Below, one piece after another: positions 1 through 9,952 of a stretch of DNA of 64,000 nucleotides. Both the position numbers and the translations under genes were made by a program. The notes beneath the pieces are model-generated. The model made no database searches. It saw only the letters and a program-made list of their open reading frames with translations, and was not told the DNA's origin. The DNA comes from a virus (taxonomy: Duplodnaviria > Caudoviricetes). The stretch is from the IMG/VR virus record IMGVR_UViG_3300028888_000001; one strand, written 5' to 3'. How positions within the stretch are numbered: the stretch's first letter is position 1; the number at the start of each line of letters is the position of its first letter.

Positions 1-603
1 ATCCATAGCGCTTTCGCAACCTTCGAGCTTGCCGATTGCTTTTTCAACTCCATCTTTATCGATAATAACAGCTTCTTCAATTTTAAAGCTCTTATCTTTC
101 ATACCGAGCAGCGCAACTTTATATTTAGCGATGAATGCTTTATTAGCTACGTCAAAACTCTTGAACTTCTCAACTGCAGCTTTCCACAGTTTAAGAATGG
201 TCTGCTTAATCTTCTCAAGAATCTCTTGGACTCTCTTGACGAAATTAGCACCAGCAGCCTTTGCTGCTTCTTTAGCTTCACCAGCTTTATTCTTAGCGGC
301 GGCCATTGCATTGGAGGCTTTGTCTTTTAAAGACGCTTTCTCTGCAGCGCTGTCTCCATCTTCTTCGCCTTCTGCGGCTTCAGAGAAGTTAAGCAGCATA
401 CCGTACTTATCATAGTACTTAAGCTCAGCAATACCAACCTGCTCCATAAGAGCATTCCATGCCATCTCGGTTTCAGCAGCATAAATCATAGCTGCACCTT
501 CACCGAAACCATATTCAGATGGAGCAACTTTCTCGCATTCTTCGTTAAACTTTCTAACGAGCATTTCCTCCTGAAGAGGATCGTTAATAGCAGTTTTAAT
601 CAT
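1..603 (-). CDS. Putative internal head/virion protein (3' end outside window); paralog-like to 628..1680
   Basis: Not in the ORF track. ATG at 603 follows RBS AGAGGAGG; open to the window edge (MIKTAINDPLQEEMLVRKF...LNFSEAAEGEEDGDS...). Shares an 'EAAEG' motif plus Ala/Lys-rich helix with the next gene. Confidence 0.6.
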   Translation of the reverse strand, partial: MIKTAINDPLQEEMLVRKFNEECEKVAPSEYGFGEGAAMIYAAETEMAWNALMEQVGIAELKYYDKYGMLLNFSEAAEGEEDGDSAAEKASLKDKASNAMAAAKNKAGEAKEAAKAAGANFVKRVQEILEKIKQTILKLWKAAVEKFKSFDVANKAFIAKYKVALLGMKDKSFKIEEAVIIDKDGVEKAIGKLEGCESAMD

Positions 604-627
604 TATTATATTTCCTCCTCTTCTATA

Positions 628-1680
628 TTAAAACAGTGGCTGAGACATAGACTCCATAAGTTTAGCCTGTGACTCATTATGGGATTCAAATGTCGGCACG
701 CGCTCTGGTCCCTTATACATGAGATTCTCAACCGTGCAACCAGTGATAACGCACTCAAGCATATTATCAACATCCATTTCAGCCTGCTGAATAGCAAACT
801 CGATGAGGCTAGCTTCACCTTTAGGAGATGCAAGGCAAGCTGTAAGTGCTTTACGCATAGTGCTATAATACTTTCTCATAGCTTGCTGTCTTACAGAAAG
901 CCAATTAAGGCAAATGGTTCTGTAATTCTTATAGCTATTATAAACGTCAAGAGTTTCCTGAGCGCCTTCTGTACCTTTTGCCATTTTAGCTTGTTTACGA
1001 TACCCAGCAGCTTTCTTATTAAGGTCTCTCTTGTAATTGACTGCTTCTTTGGCATACTTAGCAAGCCCATTACGAGCGTCGCCGTTACCACCAAAAAATC
1101 TTTCTACCGTAGCAAATACAGAATCTGCTTTTACGTCTTTTTTCTTCTCTCCAATGAAGTAATCTACAGTTCTTTTAAGCTTCTGAACGTCCTCGCTTGT
1201 ATATCTGCGAGTTTCAAGCCATGCTGGAACGGTATCTTTAGCATCAGAAGTTGTAAATGGAGATTTTTCATACCATTCTCCAATGGTAATATTAGAAAGA
1301 TTCTCTCTCTTAACGTCTTTAATTCTCTTTTTAAGAGATTCATAGTCGGAAGTAAGAATCTTGTTAAACTGAGCTACAGCTGCAGCGACAGCCTGATTGA
1401 ACTTTTCACCAAGCCATTCAAGACCAGCAGCAACTTTTTCCATAATGGACTTAAATGCTCCGGATGCCATTCTAGCAGCATTCTGAGCTTTATCTTTAAC
1501 GCTTTCTTTGTTATTATCACCTTCAGCTGCTTCATTAAGCTTAATCTCAATTGCGTCAAGCTTAAGCATAGCCTTAAGCATGTTCATATCAGATTCACAT
1601 GCTTCTAGCATAGCTCCGCCAATGCCGCTATACATTTCAGCAACCGGTTTAAGATTACTATCGAAACTAGCATAAATCAT
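628..1680 (-). CDS. Putative internal head/virion structural protein
   Basis: 350 aa, RBS AGGAGG, upstream AACA-N6-TA motif (1736..1747), 'IKLNEAAEG' followed by amphipathic helices. Function inferred from context. Confidence 0.5.
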   Translation of the reverse strand: MIYASFDSNLKPVAEMYSGIGGAMLEACESDMNMLKAMLKLDAIEIKLNEAAEGDNNKESVKDKAQNAARMASGAFKSIMEKVAAGLEWLGEKFNQAVAAAVAQFNKILTSDYESLKKRIKDVKRENLSNITIGEWYEKSPFTTSDAKDTVPAWLETRRYTSEDVQKLKRTVDYFIGEKKKDVKADSVFATVERFFGGNGDARNGLAKYAKEAVNYKRDLNKKAAGYRKQAKMAKGTEGAQETLDVYNSYKNYRTICLNWLSVRQQAMRKYYSTMRKALTACLASPKGEASLIEFAIQQAEMDVDNMLECVITGCTVENLMYKGPERVPTFESHNESQAKLMESMSQPLF

Positions 1681-1762
1681 AACGGTTTAAACCTCCTATA
1701 ATTTTTCTTTTATACTTTGTACAAAATATAAAATTTACATTAATGTTTTTAGAATACTTGAT

Positions 1763-2938
1763 TTAAAACAATGCAGCATTAGCTGAGTCTGGTATAGACT
1801 GTATCACATCGCTATAAACAAACTTTGTTTTACTATCTTTGTCTAAATCTTTAGCTGCTTTAGACTCTGCCGTTCTATCAGAGACATTAAGCTTATCAGA
1901 AAGCTTGTTAAAGAACTGAGCTACACGATTTTGTTTTTCAGCGATAGTCTTTCTTTCTGTTTCATCTCTAGTGAGATTGTTTTCTACATTATATGCATTC
2001 ATAACTAAAAGCGCAGATTGAGCATCAAAATAATCAGACGCTTTAGTTCTAGCATAGTAGAAATAATATATAAGTTCTTTAATAATAATTATTAAAAGAA
2101 CCAGTCCAAATACAACAGTAACTGCTCCAGTTATTATCGGATGAGCAACTGCCGCTTTACCAATTGTAGTAATTGCTGCACCAATAGTATCAGCAGGAGC
2201 TATAATTGGAATCGGAGCTTCTGTCACAACTTCAGCAGATTCATGCTTCTTAGCAAAATTGAATATCAAACTATTTTTGATAGCATATTCCATAGTCTGA
2301 TCAAATTTACCATTTGCGCATAGCTTATTAAAATGGACTAGATTTTTATATAGAATTTTCTGATCACCTTTAAGACGAGAAGCCTTATCAAATGCGATAT
2401 TGAAACCCTTATTCTCAGGAAGCTTGATAAATTCAATACTAGATGAAATCATCAAAGATACTGCAGATACTATGCTTAGAGCTAGAGTGTTATAAGACAT
2501 AATAACCATGTCTACATTGCCTCTAAAGCCACGCATAAATAATTCTTTACGATCAACCATATTCTGTAGTGCTATAGATACTGTATCAACTAGAGAAGTT
2601 GGTTGTCTATAATTTGTCAAAATATCTGCAATAACTGAGATACAATCACTAAGCTCTTCATACTTATCTATCTTTGTAATATCACCTTTAGAAAGTGGAA
2701 TATTACCAAAATCTACATCGTCTACTTTAGAGACAATATGAGAATAGAGCTTACTAGCAAGAGCTTGCATCATCATATTCTGATCTGCTTCGTTTACCGT
2801 AAGAAGAATTTTTCTTGTCATTTCATCTTTAGTATTGAAATATGACATGCATTCATTAAATTCTTTAGACCTATAAATAGAGGAGTAGTCTACTGCTCTA
2901 GTATTGGAGGCCTCGTCTATCATATAAAAATCATACAT
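1763..2938 (-). CDS. Putative virion structural protein with one hydrophobic helix
   Basis: 391 aa, RBS AAGGAGG, TM-like segment (GAVTVVFGLVLLIIII), co-transcribed with 2960..4321. Confidence 0.5.
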   Translation of the reverse strand: MYDFYMIDEASNTRAVDYSSIYRSKEFNECMSYFNTKDEMTRKILLTVNEADQNMMMQALASKLYSHIVSKVDDVDFGNIPLSKGDITKIDKYEELSDCISVIADILTNYRQPTSLVDTVSIALQNMVDRKELFMRGFRGNVDMVIMSYNTLALSIVSAVSLMISSSIEFIKLPENKGFNIAFDKASRLKGDQKILYKNLVHFNKLCANGKFDQTMEYAIKNSLIFNFAKKHESAEVVTEAPIPIIAPADTIGAAITTIGKAAVAHPIITGAVTVVFGLVLLIIIIKELIYYFYYARTKASDYFDAQSALLVMNAYNVENNLTRDETERKTIAEKQNRVAQFFNKLSDKLNVSDRTAESKAAKDLDKDSKTKFVYSDVIQSIPDSANAALF

Positions 2939-2959
2939 TTAGATTGGAACCTCCTTTCA

Positions 2960-4321
2960 TCATCGAGAAATTTTATCCATAAGGTTAACAATTTTCTTAT
3001 AGTCAGAGTCTTTGTTTTCTCTTGTAAGTGCTTGGTATGTTAAAGCTTCAAATGTATCGTCTCCATCATACAAGAACTTAGCAATTTCAACAGAGTCATC
3101 AATAAGAACAATGCCCATAAGATTAAAACTATTAAGAAGCACTCTACAAACTCCCGGTTTCTCAAGATCCATGTTAGAATATTTACGCATATACTCTACT
3201 TCTTCTTGAGATATAACTAGAGTCGTTATTGGGGAAGCATCGTTCTTTCCTAATAGAGAATAAAACTTATTGTTTCTTGCTCTACGCTCTAATACTTTAA
3301 ATAGCCTACTATTGACTGAATCTTTGGCTACATTAATAGCTTCGAATTTAGTCTTTTCAATAGCAAAAAGAAAATCGCGGAAAAAAGCGCGTTCCTTAGT
3401 GGAACAGCGGATTAGATTAAATAATGTATTATTATCTGAGTATTTATTGGTTAGCCTACGAATAAGATCCATAGATTCTACTGGATATAACTTGGCTTTA
3501 ACACCAATTACTCCGTGTCTTTGGATAGAATTATTCCCAGCCATCGAAAGAAAATTAACAACCATCATAGTTGGCTGTAATTCATTAGCTTTCTCTAAAT
3601 CTTTTTGAGATAAGATCTGAGAACTAAAGAATTTTTCATTATCATTGGATCTAAATTCGTCAGCTGTATTTTTGTTATATATTGTTACAGGACTAGCCTT
3701 AGGCTCAGCGTCTTTGTTGGTAGATTGTCTTGAAGAAGTATCTTCAAGAGTTACTGTAACGTTGCCATACATAGAAGTATTAACGGAATAATCATTAACG
3801 GAGCTTTCCCTAAGAAAAGTATTAGCTGCTTCGTTAATTCCTTTCATACATTCCATAACAGCATCGAATTCATCTTTATCGATAACTTCAATAGCGCCCT
3901 CATGAACACCGGCGTTCATAGCTGTAATAAAGTCATCTAAGCTTAAAGCAGAACCAACTTTAAGATTATGATGAAACTTACCGATGTAATCGTATAAGCT
4001 TTTGGTGTCTTTGTAATTGGTTAGATTCATTGCAGAGAATAAGATTTGTAATAGAGACACACATTTACGCTCAATTGCTTTAGTTAAGAGCATAGCAGTA
4101 TCCCATTTTAATGAAGTTGAGACTAAAACTGGGAAAGTTAGTACTAGATCCGATGCTCGTCTAGAAATTGAACCGCTGTTGTGCCTTCCAGCCGATAGCC
4201 ATTTACTCCCAACATCGGCTGCATTTCCAACAGCATTAACGACATCTGCAATACTAGTATCTTCGCAGATATTCACAATATCCCGCATGATAGTTTTATT
4301 AATTTGCTGGGATTGATGCAT
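2960..4321 (-). CDS. Putative virion structural protein
   Basis: ORF track gives 2960..4339, but ATG at 4321 follows AAAGGAGG, so it is the preferred start. Late-type promoter motif at 4344..4355. Confidence 0.5.
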   Translation of the reverse strand: MHQSQQINKTIMRDIVNICEDTSIADVVNAVGNAADVGSKWLSAGRHNSGSISRRASDLVLTFPVLVSTSLKWDTAMLLTKAIERKCVSLLQILFSAMNLTNYKDTKSLYDYIGKFHHNLKVGSALSLDDFITAMNAGVHEGAIEVIDKDEFDAVMECMKGINEAANTFLRESSVNDYSVNTSMYGNVTVTLEDTSSRQSTNKDAEPKASPVTIYNKNTADEFRSNDNEKFFSSQILSQKDLEKANELQPTMMVVNFLSMAGNNSIQRHGVIGVKAKLYPVESMDLIRRLTNKYSDNNTLFNLIRCSTKERAFFRDFLFAIEKTKFEAINVAKDSVNSRLFKVLERRARNNKFYSLLGKNDASPITTLVISQEEVEYMRKYSNMDLEKPGVCRVLLNSFNLMGIVLIDDSVEIAKFLYDGDDTFEALTYQALTRENKDSDYKKIVNLMDKISR

Positions 4322-4371
4322 ATTCAAGCCTCCTTTCAAATTTTACTCTAATGTTTTATGTAAAAAAATAA

Positions 4372-4845
4372 AGAGATTGAAAGCATTTTAACGTTTTAAG
4401 GTTACTTATAGCTCAAAAATATCTTTGAGGAATGCTTCTACTTTACCGCCAGCTGTATTCTGATTTATTATATGGTCGACATCGATTTCAAATTGGAATT
4501 TTTGATTGATCCAGTTCTTCCTGAATTCTTCATAGCTCATCTTAGTGTTATCCACTGGTCTGCACATAAGCTCAAGCTTGGTGTCGTTATTATAGATAAC
4601 AATTGTGCTTCCTGGCGGAACAATTTGTTCTAAGACATACTTAGTTGCTTTCTTCTTAAAGAACTTTCCAATCTTATCAGCAGCAAACTCAATTGCTCCT
4701 AATAATTTGAAATCTGCGTCAGACTCCTCATAATATGACTCAGAATCATCATAACAGTTATTGTAGTCTATATAGTCATAATCATTGTAATAACAATCTG
4801 TCATTTTATATCCCCTCTATAGAAATAATCATGCTTTCAATCTCT
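4372..4845. repeat. Perfect 15-bp inverted repeat (4372..4386 AGAGATTGAAAGCAT / 4831..4845 ATGCTTTCAATCTCT) bracketing a small gene
   Basis: Read directly. The two arms are exact reverse complements, and a T-rich run follows the distal arm on the minus strand. Confidence 0.9.
4406..4804 (-). CDS. Hypothetical protein with Tyr/Asp-rich N-terminus
   Basis: 132 aa, RBS AGAGGGG, TATATTAT motif upstream (4856..4863). Confidence 0.6.
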   Translation of the reverse strand: MTDCYYNDYDYIDYNNCYDDSESYYEESDADFKLLGAIEFAADKIGKFFKKKATKYVLEQIVPPGSTIVIYNNDTKLELMCRPVDNTKMSYEEFRKNWINQKFQFEIDVDHIINQNTAGGKVEAFLKDIFEL

Positions 4846-4911
4846 CCACTAAAATATAATATATAATTATAAATATTTTTTCTCAAATAAAGCGTAAAAA
4901 GAGCTTCCTGG

Positions 4912-4923
4912 AACATTCTTATA
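4912..4923 (+). promoter_or_regulatory. Late promoter motif AACA-N6-TA (representative of a family)
   Basis: AACAttcttaTA. The same motif lies just upstream of genes at 1736(-), 4344(-), 9917(+), 22851(+), 50134(+), 53782(+), 59244(-); GACA variants at 17545(-), 32358(-), 32406(+), 34608(+). Matches the AR9 non-virion RNAP promoter consensus. Confidence 0.75.
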
Positions 4924-4958
4924 ATTAAAAATATATATGCGGAGAGGGGGTAATTTTA

Positions 4959-6446
4959 TTGGAACCTCTTGAGGGCAATGGTACAGTAGAATTTACAGAA
5001 ATAGATGGAAATAGTCCGAAGAAAAGCTTTACTATTCCTAATACGACTTCTGTAATGCATAGAAATGGAATATTTTCTACCGGTGAAGATGACTGGTATA
5101 ATTCTGTAAACAGGTTTAGTTGGGTAGATTTAAGAAATCATATTCAGTATAATAGAGAATATTTATTCTTCACTAAACCTGATTTATATTTAATGGAAGG
5201 CTCTAATCTACAAGATGCCTACCTGAATGATTCATTAAAACATAGCCCATTTTTTGTAGATGCTTTTCAGAATCATAAAGAAGTTCTTGGGCAGCTACAA
5301 TATTCAATAAATGATCGTAATGGTAGAGCAACACCATTTATGTTTCTTTTGACTAACTCTGTTAGCTCTAAGCTAGACTTGCCAGGAATTACAGCGGAAT
5401 CTCACGAATCCACTACAAATATTTATGGTACATCTATATCATATAGAACTCATTCTCTAAAATCAGATAATGGCTATGACTTCACTTTAAGTTTTAATGA
5501 TACTAAGAACTTAGAGGTATATACACTAGCCAAAGCATATGATGAATATATCAGAATGAGCAAAACCGGTCAGATAAATATATTAAATGGCGCTCCAAAA
5601 GCAGAGATTCATAAAGATTATGTAATAAATAGAGTTCTTCCAGAACAATTTTCTATTTATAAATTTTTAATAGCTGACGATGGAGAGACTATAGCCTACT
5701 ATGCCAAAGCAACCGGTTGTTATTTTACAGATGTACCTAGAGCAGAATTTGGTGATCCGCAAGATGGTGTTGTTAAATTCTCTTTATCTTTCCATGCTAA
5801 CTTTATAGAGGACAATAATCCTCTAATACTATCAGAATTTAATAATATAACTTTAGCTTCTAATGAGGTTGATATTCCTTATTCAGATATATGGACGGCA
5901 GACGGGATTAATAATGAGTGGGTTGTATTCCCGTGTATTAGAGCGTATAGCGATATTAGAGCAACCTCTAAAGCTATGTATAAAGATTATAGATTAAAAT
6001 GGACTAACAAACCAAAAGCTGGAGTAAATCTAGTTGGCAGCTCAGATAATGGCGGTAGCAGATTCTATGGGCCATACTCATACCCAGGCGGTGGAATATT
6101 ATCTGATCTTATGGGAGGTTATACACCTCAATCAGACTTCCAAGCTCCAAGACGACAAATAATACCAACAATAGTAGATACAGTTAGAAGCTCTGTAGAT
6201 ACTATAGGTAATGGTCTTGATTGGGTTAGAAATCAAGTTGGCGACGTTGTAAGCAATGTATCTGATATCGTTTCATCTGCTCAGTCTAATCTAGAGGATA
6301 ATTTTAGAACTCTATCTTTAAGAATTCAACCAGATGGACAGACTGTTACATTTGGTAATATTCTTGATTATGCTGCAGATACAGCTCAAGGTATATACAA
6401 TAATCTCTTTAATAGAAATAATAATCAACAAAGTCAAAATCCATGA
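4959..6446 (+). CDS. Virion structural protein, probably baseplate/tail-tube associated
   Basis: 495 aa, TTG start with G-rich RBS, late promoter, directly upstream of the wedge-like gene. Function by context only. Confidence 0.45.
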   Translation: MEPLEGNGTVEFTEIDGNSPKKSFTIPNTTSVMHRNGIFSTGEDDWYNSVNRFSWVDLRNHIQYNREYLFFTKPDLYLMEGSNLQDAYLNDSLKHSPFFVDAFQNHKEVLGQLQYSINDRNGRATPFMFLLTNSVSSKLDLPGITAESHESTTNIYGTSISYRTHSLKSDNGYDFTLSFNDTKNLEVYTLAKAYDEYIRMSKTGQINILNGAPKAEIHKDYVINRVLPEQFSIYKFLIADDGETIAYYAKATGCYFTDVPRAEFGDPQDGVVKFSLSFHANFIEDNNPLILSEFNNITLASNEVDIPYSDIWTADGINNEWVVFPCIRAYSDIRATSKAMYKDYRLKWTNKPKAGVNLVGSSDNGGSRFYGPYSYPGGGILSDLMGGYTPQSDFQAPRRQIIPTIVDTVRSSVDTIGNGLDWVRNQVGDVVSNVSDIVSSAQSNLEDNFRTLSLRIQPDGQTVTFGNILDYAADTAQGIYNNLFNRNNNQQSQNP

Positions 6447-6469
6447 AAGAAAGGAGTGAGAAAATATAA

Positions 6470-9400
6470 ATGGCCTCTACTAATACAAATACTAATTCTG
6501 AAACTCTAATATCGACAGATATATTTGAGATTGCAGAATTTTATGATTATATTAGAGCAAATCATATACCTGACTTGGATGAGACTTCATCTATGGTTGG
6601 TATATTTGGTTATATGAATGAGATGTTTTCTCAGTCTCTTCAGAATACGCTTATAGCTATAAGCGAGACAACTAATGAAACAATACCGACTAGAGCTAAA
6701 TTCACTAAGAATGTAATCACGCATGCTCTTAATTATGGTATTACAGACATTAATGCCAAACCAGCGGTAATGACAATAATGATGTATTTACCATTAACAT
6801 ATTTTGAAGCAAATGTGACTACAGACAATACTGATGATAGGGAAAGAAAAATATTTAGACTATCAAAGAACGTTCCTATATTTGTAGATAAATTTGAGTT
6901 TCATTTAGATTATGATATAATAATCACTAGAATGCTTAATCTTAGCAATGAGTATGTATATACAGCAATCTATGATCTATTTGAAACTGGTACTACAAAT
7001 ATTAAACAGCAAAATCCTTTAAGCGATATTTCTAATCCTTACATAACAACGCTAATCAAAACTAAACTTGAGGGCGTAGAATATTTAGCCTTTTCCGTTA
7101 GAGTTCATCAGGTGCAATATCTTCAAATAGATACTAATATTCTTACTTCAAATAGTATTGAAAATAAGACAGTTACATTTGATTTTGATGGACAGCTAGC
7201 ATCTTTTAACGTTGATATCATAGAAACATCTGGTAGCACTGAAAATATAGTAAAACATCTCACTCCAGTATTTAATGGTCTACTAGATTATACAGTATCG
7301 ACAGATGACTGGTGCTATTATGAATACATCTCTGAGAATACTATAAGAATTATATTTTCTAGAGATGCTTATGTGCCGAAGATAAATCAAATCGTCAGGA
7401 TTAATCTTTATCTATCAGATGGAGCATCTGGTAATTTCACATATAATCAGCCATTTAGGATAGCTCTTCTTGAAGAGAATTATAATAATTACAATGGCAT
7501 GTATGCTCTTATATATCCTCTACTTAAGGGTGTTTCTGCTGGAGGAAAAGACAAAAAGTCTGTAGCGGATTTAAAGAAAATTATCCCTAGGGAAGCATCT
7601 TCAAGAGGATCAATCATTAATACTACAGATTTAAAGAATTTCTTTAATTCTATCAATGATACAGAGTGTAAGCTGTTCTTTAAAAAGAAGAGAGATAATC
7701 CATTCGAAAGAATGTATTATGCTTACATGCTAATGCGCAAAGACGCAAATGTATATCCAACTAACACTATTAATATTAAATTATTACAAACAGACTTTGT
7801 TGGTAAAGCTGGTAATAATAATTTAAGTATTAATCCTGGAACTATATTCTATTATTATAATCACGGATCTGCTGAGCAAAATGATTTTGCTACATTAGAG
7901 TGTCCTGAGATATTTATGCCTGATGATGGCATAGAACGTGATTATGATATGACAATAAACGAAGATGGAGATTATGTGCGTATATTTAAATACGCATCGC
8001 CATTTTTGATTACTATAGATAGTGATTTAATCACATCTTATCTAATGACAATAATGAATGAAAACAAGACGTTTAGATTCGATAGTATAAACACAGAATC
8101 TAATCTTCAATTTGTTGCTACAAATATGCAGTGGGTTAGAAATTATTATACTACAGATGGAACGTCTAATTATGATAATAAATATACTATGACACTTGAT
8201 ATCTCTCAAAATGATTCTTCTAATTATAATCTTATAACTTATCATACAGATGCAAATAATGATATAATATTCGACGATGTGCGTATTAAAGTCTATATAG
8301 TATTATATACAGATGAGACTGCTACGACTCCTTACAGATATAAGGAAGGCGTTTTATCTGCATATGATAACGATAGATATATGTCTACGTTTAAGTTTGA
8401 GTTTGAAACTGATGATAAGATGGATCTTAATAATAGAATTAATATCATCGGTGTTCACAACGCAAAGCCAGAAGAATTTCAAACCAAATCTCAAACAAGT
8501 ACATCTCATGGCTATATGGGTAAGAACACATATGCTAAGTTATTTATCTTGGCAGACTTTGGTACTAAAGTCGGAGATAATGTAAATGGAAATATAGTAA
8601 CCGAAGAGATGGTTGAAACTAAACTATATGGGACTGATGATAATGGCGGAAAAACAAAATTTGGTTTATCCGCAGCAATTCCACAGAAGCAAGATATAAT
8701 AAACGCATATTTGTCTAATGATATTTCTGCCGAGATTGATGGTACAGAATGGTCAATGGTTGATGTTATGCGGGCTAATTCTGAATACATGAATAGAATC
8801 CCAAATCAGAATACCAACCCGAACGTTATCATTAGATGGATTAAAGCAAATATAGATTCTGATTTTGTGCAGAATACTCTATTAAATGATTCCAGAAGCT
8901 TAGCAATAATAAATTCATATAACTATGAAGATCTTAGCAGATACACTCTATGTAACGTATTGTCTGTAGATGATGGTATAGACTTTTATCATGATTATTC
9001 TGCTATGATGCGTTCTGGAATTAGCGTTAGCGCTGTTCAAGAAGTTAGCCCTGATGGAGATTTACTCTATTCTGAAGTAAGTAGAGTTGATGAATGGGGA
9101 ACTCCATATACAGAATGCGCACCAATATATAAATTAAACGAAAATGGCAATAGGATATATGAATATACTATGCTAAGAGTGCCAGTGTTGAAAGCTGGAT
9201 ACTTATCCTCAGAAGAATTAGTTCAAGATTTCATCTATGAAGTTGAAGAGCGTAGAAAATACATAGAAGTTTGTCTTGAGGTATTGGAAGATACATTCGA
9301 TGTAGACTTTAAGTTTGTTAATACATTTGGCCCATCCAAGACATTCTATTATCAAATTCCATCTTCACAGAATTTCAAAGTTAAAGTTTCTGTTAAAGAA

Positions 9401-9916
9401 CTTAACGTATATAGCTCTACTGTAGATGAAGATAATGCTTCTAATGTCGTTGGTGTTATAAGCTTTGGTCAATATGTAAATATAACTAAAGTTAGAGGTC
9501 AGTGGGGTTATATAACAGACCCATTTGTTGGATGGATTAAGATTTCTGATACTACAAGAGTCACTACATTTATAGACAATGTAGCAGTTGAATTAAAATT
9601 CGCTCTTGAGGCTCAAACCTCTGCTGATAAGTATGTATCTACCTCAATAGTTCAAGATATTAAAGAATATATCGAAGATATTAATGAAATTAACGAATTA
9701 CATATTCCTAATATAATTACATTAATAACAAATAACTATAGAGAGCAATTAGTATACTTTGAATTCTTAGACGTTAATAATTATGGCTCATCTTGTCAGC
9801 ATTTGTATTTATTAGAAAGAGATCCTGACATAGTAGATATCGCTCCAGAGTTTATTAACGTGGCTGTAACGGAAGATAATACATTCCAGCCTAAGATAGA
9901 TATAACGGTATACTAA
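6470..9916 (+). CDS. Baseplate wedge-like subunit with inserted SH3b-like domain
   Basis: 1148 aa. Wedge/BplJ-like segments (ETIPTRAK...VITHALNYG; SDGASGN; SAGGKDKKSVADLK...IINTTDL). SH3b-like stretch LNVYSS...VVGVISFGQYVNITKVRGQWGYI...GWIKISDT near the C-terminus. Confidence 0.65.
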   Translation: MASTNTNTNSETLISTDIFEIAEFYDYIRANHIPDLDETSSMVGIFGYMNEMFSQSLQNTLIAISETTNETIPTRAKFTKNVITHALNYGITDINAKPAVMTIMMYLPLTYFEANVTTDNTDDRERKIFRLSKNVPIFVDKFEFHLDYDIIITRMLNLSNEYVYTAIYDLFETGTTNIKQQNPLSDISNPYITTLIKTKLEGVEYLAFSVRVHQVQYLQIDTNILTSNSIENKTVTFDFDGQLASFNVDIIETSGSTENIVKHLTPVFNGLLDYTVSTDDWCYYEYISENTIRIIFSRDAYVPKINQIVRINLYLSDGASGNFTYNQPFRIALLEENYNNYNGMYALIYPLLKGVSAGGKDKKSVADLKKIIPREASSRGSIINTTDLKNFFNSINDTECKLFFKKKRDNPFERMYYAYMLMRKDANVYPTNTINIKLLQTDFVGKAGNNNLSINPGTIFYYYNHGSAEQNDFATLECPEIFMPDDGIERDYDMTINEDGDYVRIFKYASPFLITIDSDLITSYLMTIMNENKTFRFDSINTESNLQFVATNMQWVRNYYTTDGTSNYDNKYTMTLDISQNDSSNYNLITYHTDANNDIIFDDVRIKVYIVLYTDETATTPYRYKEGVLSAYDNDRYMSTFKFEFETDDKMDLNNRINIIGVHNAKPEEFQTKSQTSTSHGYMGKNTYAKLFILADFGTKVGDNVNGNIVTEEMVETKLYGTDDNGGKTKFGLSAAIPQKQDIINAYLSNDISAEIDGTEWSMVDVMRANSEYMNRIPNQNTNPNVIIRWIKANIDSDFVQNTLLNDSRSLAIINSYNYEDLSRYTLCNVLSVDDGIDFYHDYSAMMRSGISVSAVQEVSPDGDLLYSEVSRVDEWGTPYTECAPIYKLNENGNRIYEYTMLRVPVLKAGYLSSEELVQDFIYEVEERRKYIEVCLEVLEDTFDVDFKFVNTFGPSKTFYYQIPSSQNFKVKVSVKELNVYSSTVDEDNASNVVGVISFGQYVNITKVRGQWGYITDPFVGWIKISDTTRVTTFIDNVAVELKFALEAQTSADKYVSTSIVQDIKEYIEDINEINELHIPNIITLITNNYREQLVYFEFLDVNNYGSSCQHLYLLERDPDIVDIAPEFINVAVTEDNTFQPKIDITVY

Positions 9917-9952
9917 AACATTTTAATAAAATTTAACGGGAGGTAACATGAT

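Noticed and set aside
550-561. CTTTCTAACGAG, an 11/12 match to the cassette site
   Set aside because: It is antisense inside a normal gene, has no spacer or hairpin, and a single-mismatch hit is expected by chance in 64 kb of AT-rich DNA.
679-1608. Long antisense ORFs (679..1608, 29..415, 28091..28801, 54686..55237 and many inside 34649..50086)
   Set aside because: Shadows of well-supported opposite-strand genes, without RBS or recognisable motifs.
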